DNA of 64,000 nt from the human T2T-CHM13v2.0 reference genome, Homo sapiens. Each line of letters begins with the position of its first letter. Positions within the stretch are counted from its first letter, which is position 1. The stretch lies in assembly GCF_009914755.1 (NCBI RefSeq), contig NC_060927.1. The stretch is one strand, 5' to 3'. The position numbers were made by a program, and so were the translations under genes. This document shows positions 59,898-64,000 of this stretch, one piece after another. Below the pieces are notes generated by a model. That model saw nothing but the letters and a program-made list of their open reading frames with translations, was not told where the DNA came from and did no database searches.

Positions 59898-62800
59898 GCT
59901 TCCATTTTTATAAAATGAGGACTTACCTTTCAAGATTCTTTTCAGCAATGATAAGATAATCTATGTAAAGCACTAGTAAATTATCAGGCACATATTAGGG
60001 ATGCAGTAGATGATAATTATTCTAATTGTGAAGTAAATATGAATCTATGCTTATACAGATAAAATTTATTTTAGATCATTGATGCCCTAACTATAAATGC
60101 CATTTTTTTTCTCTGTAATTTTAAACGTGCTGAGCTGTAATAGGAACCTATAAAGACATCAGAGAAAAAGCAATCCAAGTTACAACACGTATCTATTTTT
60201 AACAAGCTTAAATTTGGATGTGAATGGCAAGACTTGACTTTTATTTACACAGCTCATCACTTAGATGAAGAACATTATCCCTCAGTGCTCTAGAGCTGTT
60301 AAAGAGAAACCCAATGAGGAGCACAGGTTATGTAGAAATTACATAATGGCAGTGGTGACCATTTGCACTGCCTCCAATTCTCCTCATGTTTTACCTCAAT
60401 TCCAGAGGAGAAATGAGAATATGCCCAACTGTGTTTTAAACTATGGTCATAGGAAATTCCCTTGAGAGAAATTTGAGAAGCCTGAAATTCAAACACACTA
60501 GTGAAATGCAAATAGTTTTATTTATTAATGGCCGCTAATGGTCTGTAATAATCACAGCTGATTAAGTAAATAAGCAAATCAATTATTAGAAGTGTTTGCA
60601 GAATTGAATTCACAAGTTTTCTAATTGTTTTTTCTTTTTATGCATTTAGCCATATCTGATCTTGAATTGAGTTAAGGAACCAAGCTTCAAAAGAATACAA
60701 TTTGAAGGAGCAGAGGAGTATCCTGTAATTATAAAACATCATGATACTCTTTAAAATTCTATATGTTACTCATAATTTCTAAGTTCAATGATCTGTGCTG
60801 TTATATTAATTAACTTTCAAAATTCTAATAGCTGAGCAGATCACTTGATTTCACTTGCCTACACTACTTTTTGTTAATTAATGGAAACCATAAATTCAGA
60901 GCCCTTGCAAATTGTGCTGCTTCATTGCATTTAGTGCTGTTTTAATTTCTACTCTTAATTAAATAATGAGGCTCCAGAGCACATTCCTAACTGTGAGGCA
61001 AACTAGACTGTGTTTCTAGCTGGGATTCCTTCTAGCCAGCCCAGTCAATCAATGCATGTCTTCTGTAATACATAGGAGTTTATTACTCAACCTTGGAGGC
61101 TCATGTGGCTCATGTGGTGGGAGACATGCTGTAGGAAAACCCGTCTTTGTTTTGATCAAGTTGCCAGGATTGCATTTTCATCTCCCCTTTCTTGCTCCTA
61201 CCTGGACTGGAAGGGGTGAATTATTTTATTTTGTTGTGATTGATGCAAGCCTCACTTGTATAGAAATGGAGCAATCAGGATACAGTGTGCTCTTTTCCTT
61301 CCTTGAAGGTGACTCTCTTTGTTATTCATTCTGAAGTAAACAAATATGGATTGGGCGTCTACAGAGTACCTAGGGGCTACAGCAGTGAACAAGAAGATTC
61401 CTTTGAGAAAGCAGATAAATCTCCATTCACACCAGTTTCTGAGCCCTGAAGTATTTCAATAGCGAGTACCTGCACTGTATTTTGAGACTCTTCTAACACA
61501 AAGGAATTTTAAAAACACACCATTTGTAAGAAGTTGTCATAGTAAAAAGGTGTGATAGAAGAATAATAATTTAAGCTGAAGTTCTTATAATGGATAAGCC
61601 AGGCTTGGGTTTTACTTAGGCTAATGGTATTAATCTGCTTCTCTCCTTATTCATAAATACATTTCCTGTCTGGATTTATCATATTTCACTTTTTACTTGC
61701 AGAATCTTTTTTTTTAATTGGGTTGTTTAGCATCGAATGAAATAGAGCATATTTTTTTCATGCCATAAGTTATTCAGCTTTACCATTAGGTTTAGAACAT
61801 CAGTTACAACTTATTTTTAAGGGTGACCAAATCATTTATCACACATATGCTTTACTATAAAAGAGAAGCACATTTTCCATCATTGACAAAGTAACTCAAG
61901 GACCAGAGTAAGCCAGAATATCAGGAGATACCAAATGACTATACTCGGAAGCAAGAAATACTTAATTTGACTGACCTAGATAATTCTTAATTATTCATGA
62001 ATCATGTTTCCAATGGATGGGTTATCCAATCCCTTTTCTCCTTCCTCTTGATCCTGCCCTTAGCCATTTAATTTCTTTCTGGCAAAGAAAGTGAAATATT
62101 CAATTTTATGACTTGGCCCACTTTAAGAAAATATATTGGTTAATCATGATTCAGAATTATATATAATAAAATATTGATGAAAAGGGATTCTAAATTATAT
62201 GCAATAAATGTTATTACAATATTTCATTCACTCTGACAGTGCTACTGAAAATGTGGTTCATAGATGCTTAGAACACCTATCAAAAGAATTTGAGAGGAAG
62301 TGTTTAGAAGGATTGACAGCAATTTGCCTTTCTCAGAAATCCACATACATGATCAGTAAACTCTTATTGAACAGGATAGAACTACCCAAGAATCAGGGTA
62401 AACATACAATCAGACATTAGTCTTTTACTACAGATAGCTTAATTGCTGATATAAGATGCCCTTGATTTTTAAATGTGTCATCAATTTTTAGATACATCTC
62501 AACATTAGAGATGTTAAAATGTGGAAAAATACTTATTTTAGAATTGTTGATATTAATTTATTATTTTATTTACCATGAGAGAGTTCCTTTTTGCAGAGGG
62601 AGTAAGGATATTCTGAGAGTGATTATTTTTTTTGTGGTAATTGCAAAAGTTATATGATATAGTAGAAAGTGAGTTGGCTCTGACTTCAGGCAGACTGCCA
62701 TTTACTGGGTTTATGAGTTTGAACAAGGCTCACATTCCTTTATGGTGAAGAGGAATGAAAATATATCTCAGGGTTGTTTAGACTTTCTTATCTCAATTTG

Positions 62801-64000
62801 ACTAATGGAATAGAATATTTGGAACATGTTTCATTTAATTTACAAAAACCAAATATGTGCAGATAAAAACACATATATACACATACACAGATAATTTTTG
62901 ATGCCTTAATAGAATATAATAGTTTCAAAATTTACCTTATTATGTAGCTATGACATTTTAAATATTTATCATAGGAAAATTAGACTGTAATCATGTGAAT
63001 AGTATAAATCAAAAGTTTTAGAGGTCAAGAATTACCTCCTATGCTTTTATTATCTGACTCCCATGGTGAATAATAGCTCATTGAACAGATATTGGAAATA
63101 TATTAAATTTGAGTATTCTGTCAAATTAGTTTTTAAATTATCTGTTTAACCAATATATTTGATATACATCTTCTACAGAAATATTTCACAACTCAATATT
63201 TTAAATTATTTGCAATCATCATATAGTCGAGTTATTACTAATTTTTTAGTGAATTTGTATTATATTTAAAACTTTAAAATACTAATGATCAGCTAATGAA
63301 GATTATTTTTGGAGCATAAAATATTTTCTTTAAGAAAATAAAATTCTAACAAATAGTACTAGATAATCATGACCACCATGTTCAGTTAGCTTTTATTTTG
63401 AATAGTCATTTTGTCAACAGAATTATATGCTAACATTTGAGTTCATTAAGTGAGCTAGACCTTTATTTTATATTTTACTTATCTTATGCTTGATATCTAT
63501 TAATGTTTTGATATCTTGAAGTGCAATAGTAGAATATTAGCACTTTTTTCATCTAGGTTGTTAAGAAATTCAAACTTATATTTGGACATAAGCTAAATTG
63601 GTAAATTAACAGAAAATAAATTTATTATGTTTCCTTTATATTTGTTCAAATAGTTATATTAATTGACATATACGTTAGTGGCATATTATGGTGTACAGAG
63701 TATTTTACACATGTTTTAAATGCTGTTACTATTATAAAAATGTATTTTAGAACAATAAAATAAAGAAAATTATGATTTTTTAAACTCAGCAATTATTTTA
63801 CTGTCCAATGATTGCTACTGTTAACATTATGAGGTGTTTTCTGTCAGGATTTAAAAAATATATTTTAACTTAATCAGAAGTATTGTATCTTTTTAAAATA
63901 TTATGTCATAACATATTCAATTTAATGACAGTCTCTTAATAAACATAATTCGTAATATGAATGTTAATAACATTTAGAAGACCATTCACTTCTTATTGAA

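Overview
AT-rich, CpG-poor human non-coding DNA (intronic or intergenic). The species call rests on two human-lineage retroelements: an L1HS pre-Ta and an AluYd8-like insertion. I found no host protein-coding exon, RNA gene, CpG island or prokaryotic-type system; every long ORF is LINE-1 or Alu derived. About half the window is interspersed repeat: eight full-length Alus, one truncated Alu, a 5'-inverted L1HS with a 13-bp TSD (15328-19021), a near full-length old L1MA (41.3-49.35 kb) splitting a Charlie7-like DNA transposon, an older L1M carrying five nested insertions (52.4-58.7 kb), and MaLR/ERV solo LTRs, MIR, L2 and hAT/mariner relics. The most unusual structures that repeat annotation does not explain are a multi-template junction at 14170-14299 (near-perfect inverted copy of 51 bp from 1.35 kb upstream, plus a tandem fold-back unit) and a 1-kb-spaced local duplication of a MER20 end with its unique flank. 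I do not see a new biological system here; the findings are mutational-mechanism signatures and candidate polymorphisms. Subfamily names are from recalled consensus sequences and old-repeat boundaries are approximate.
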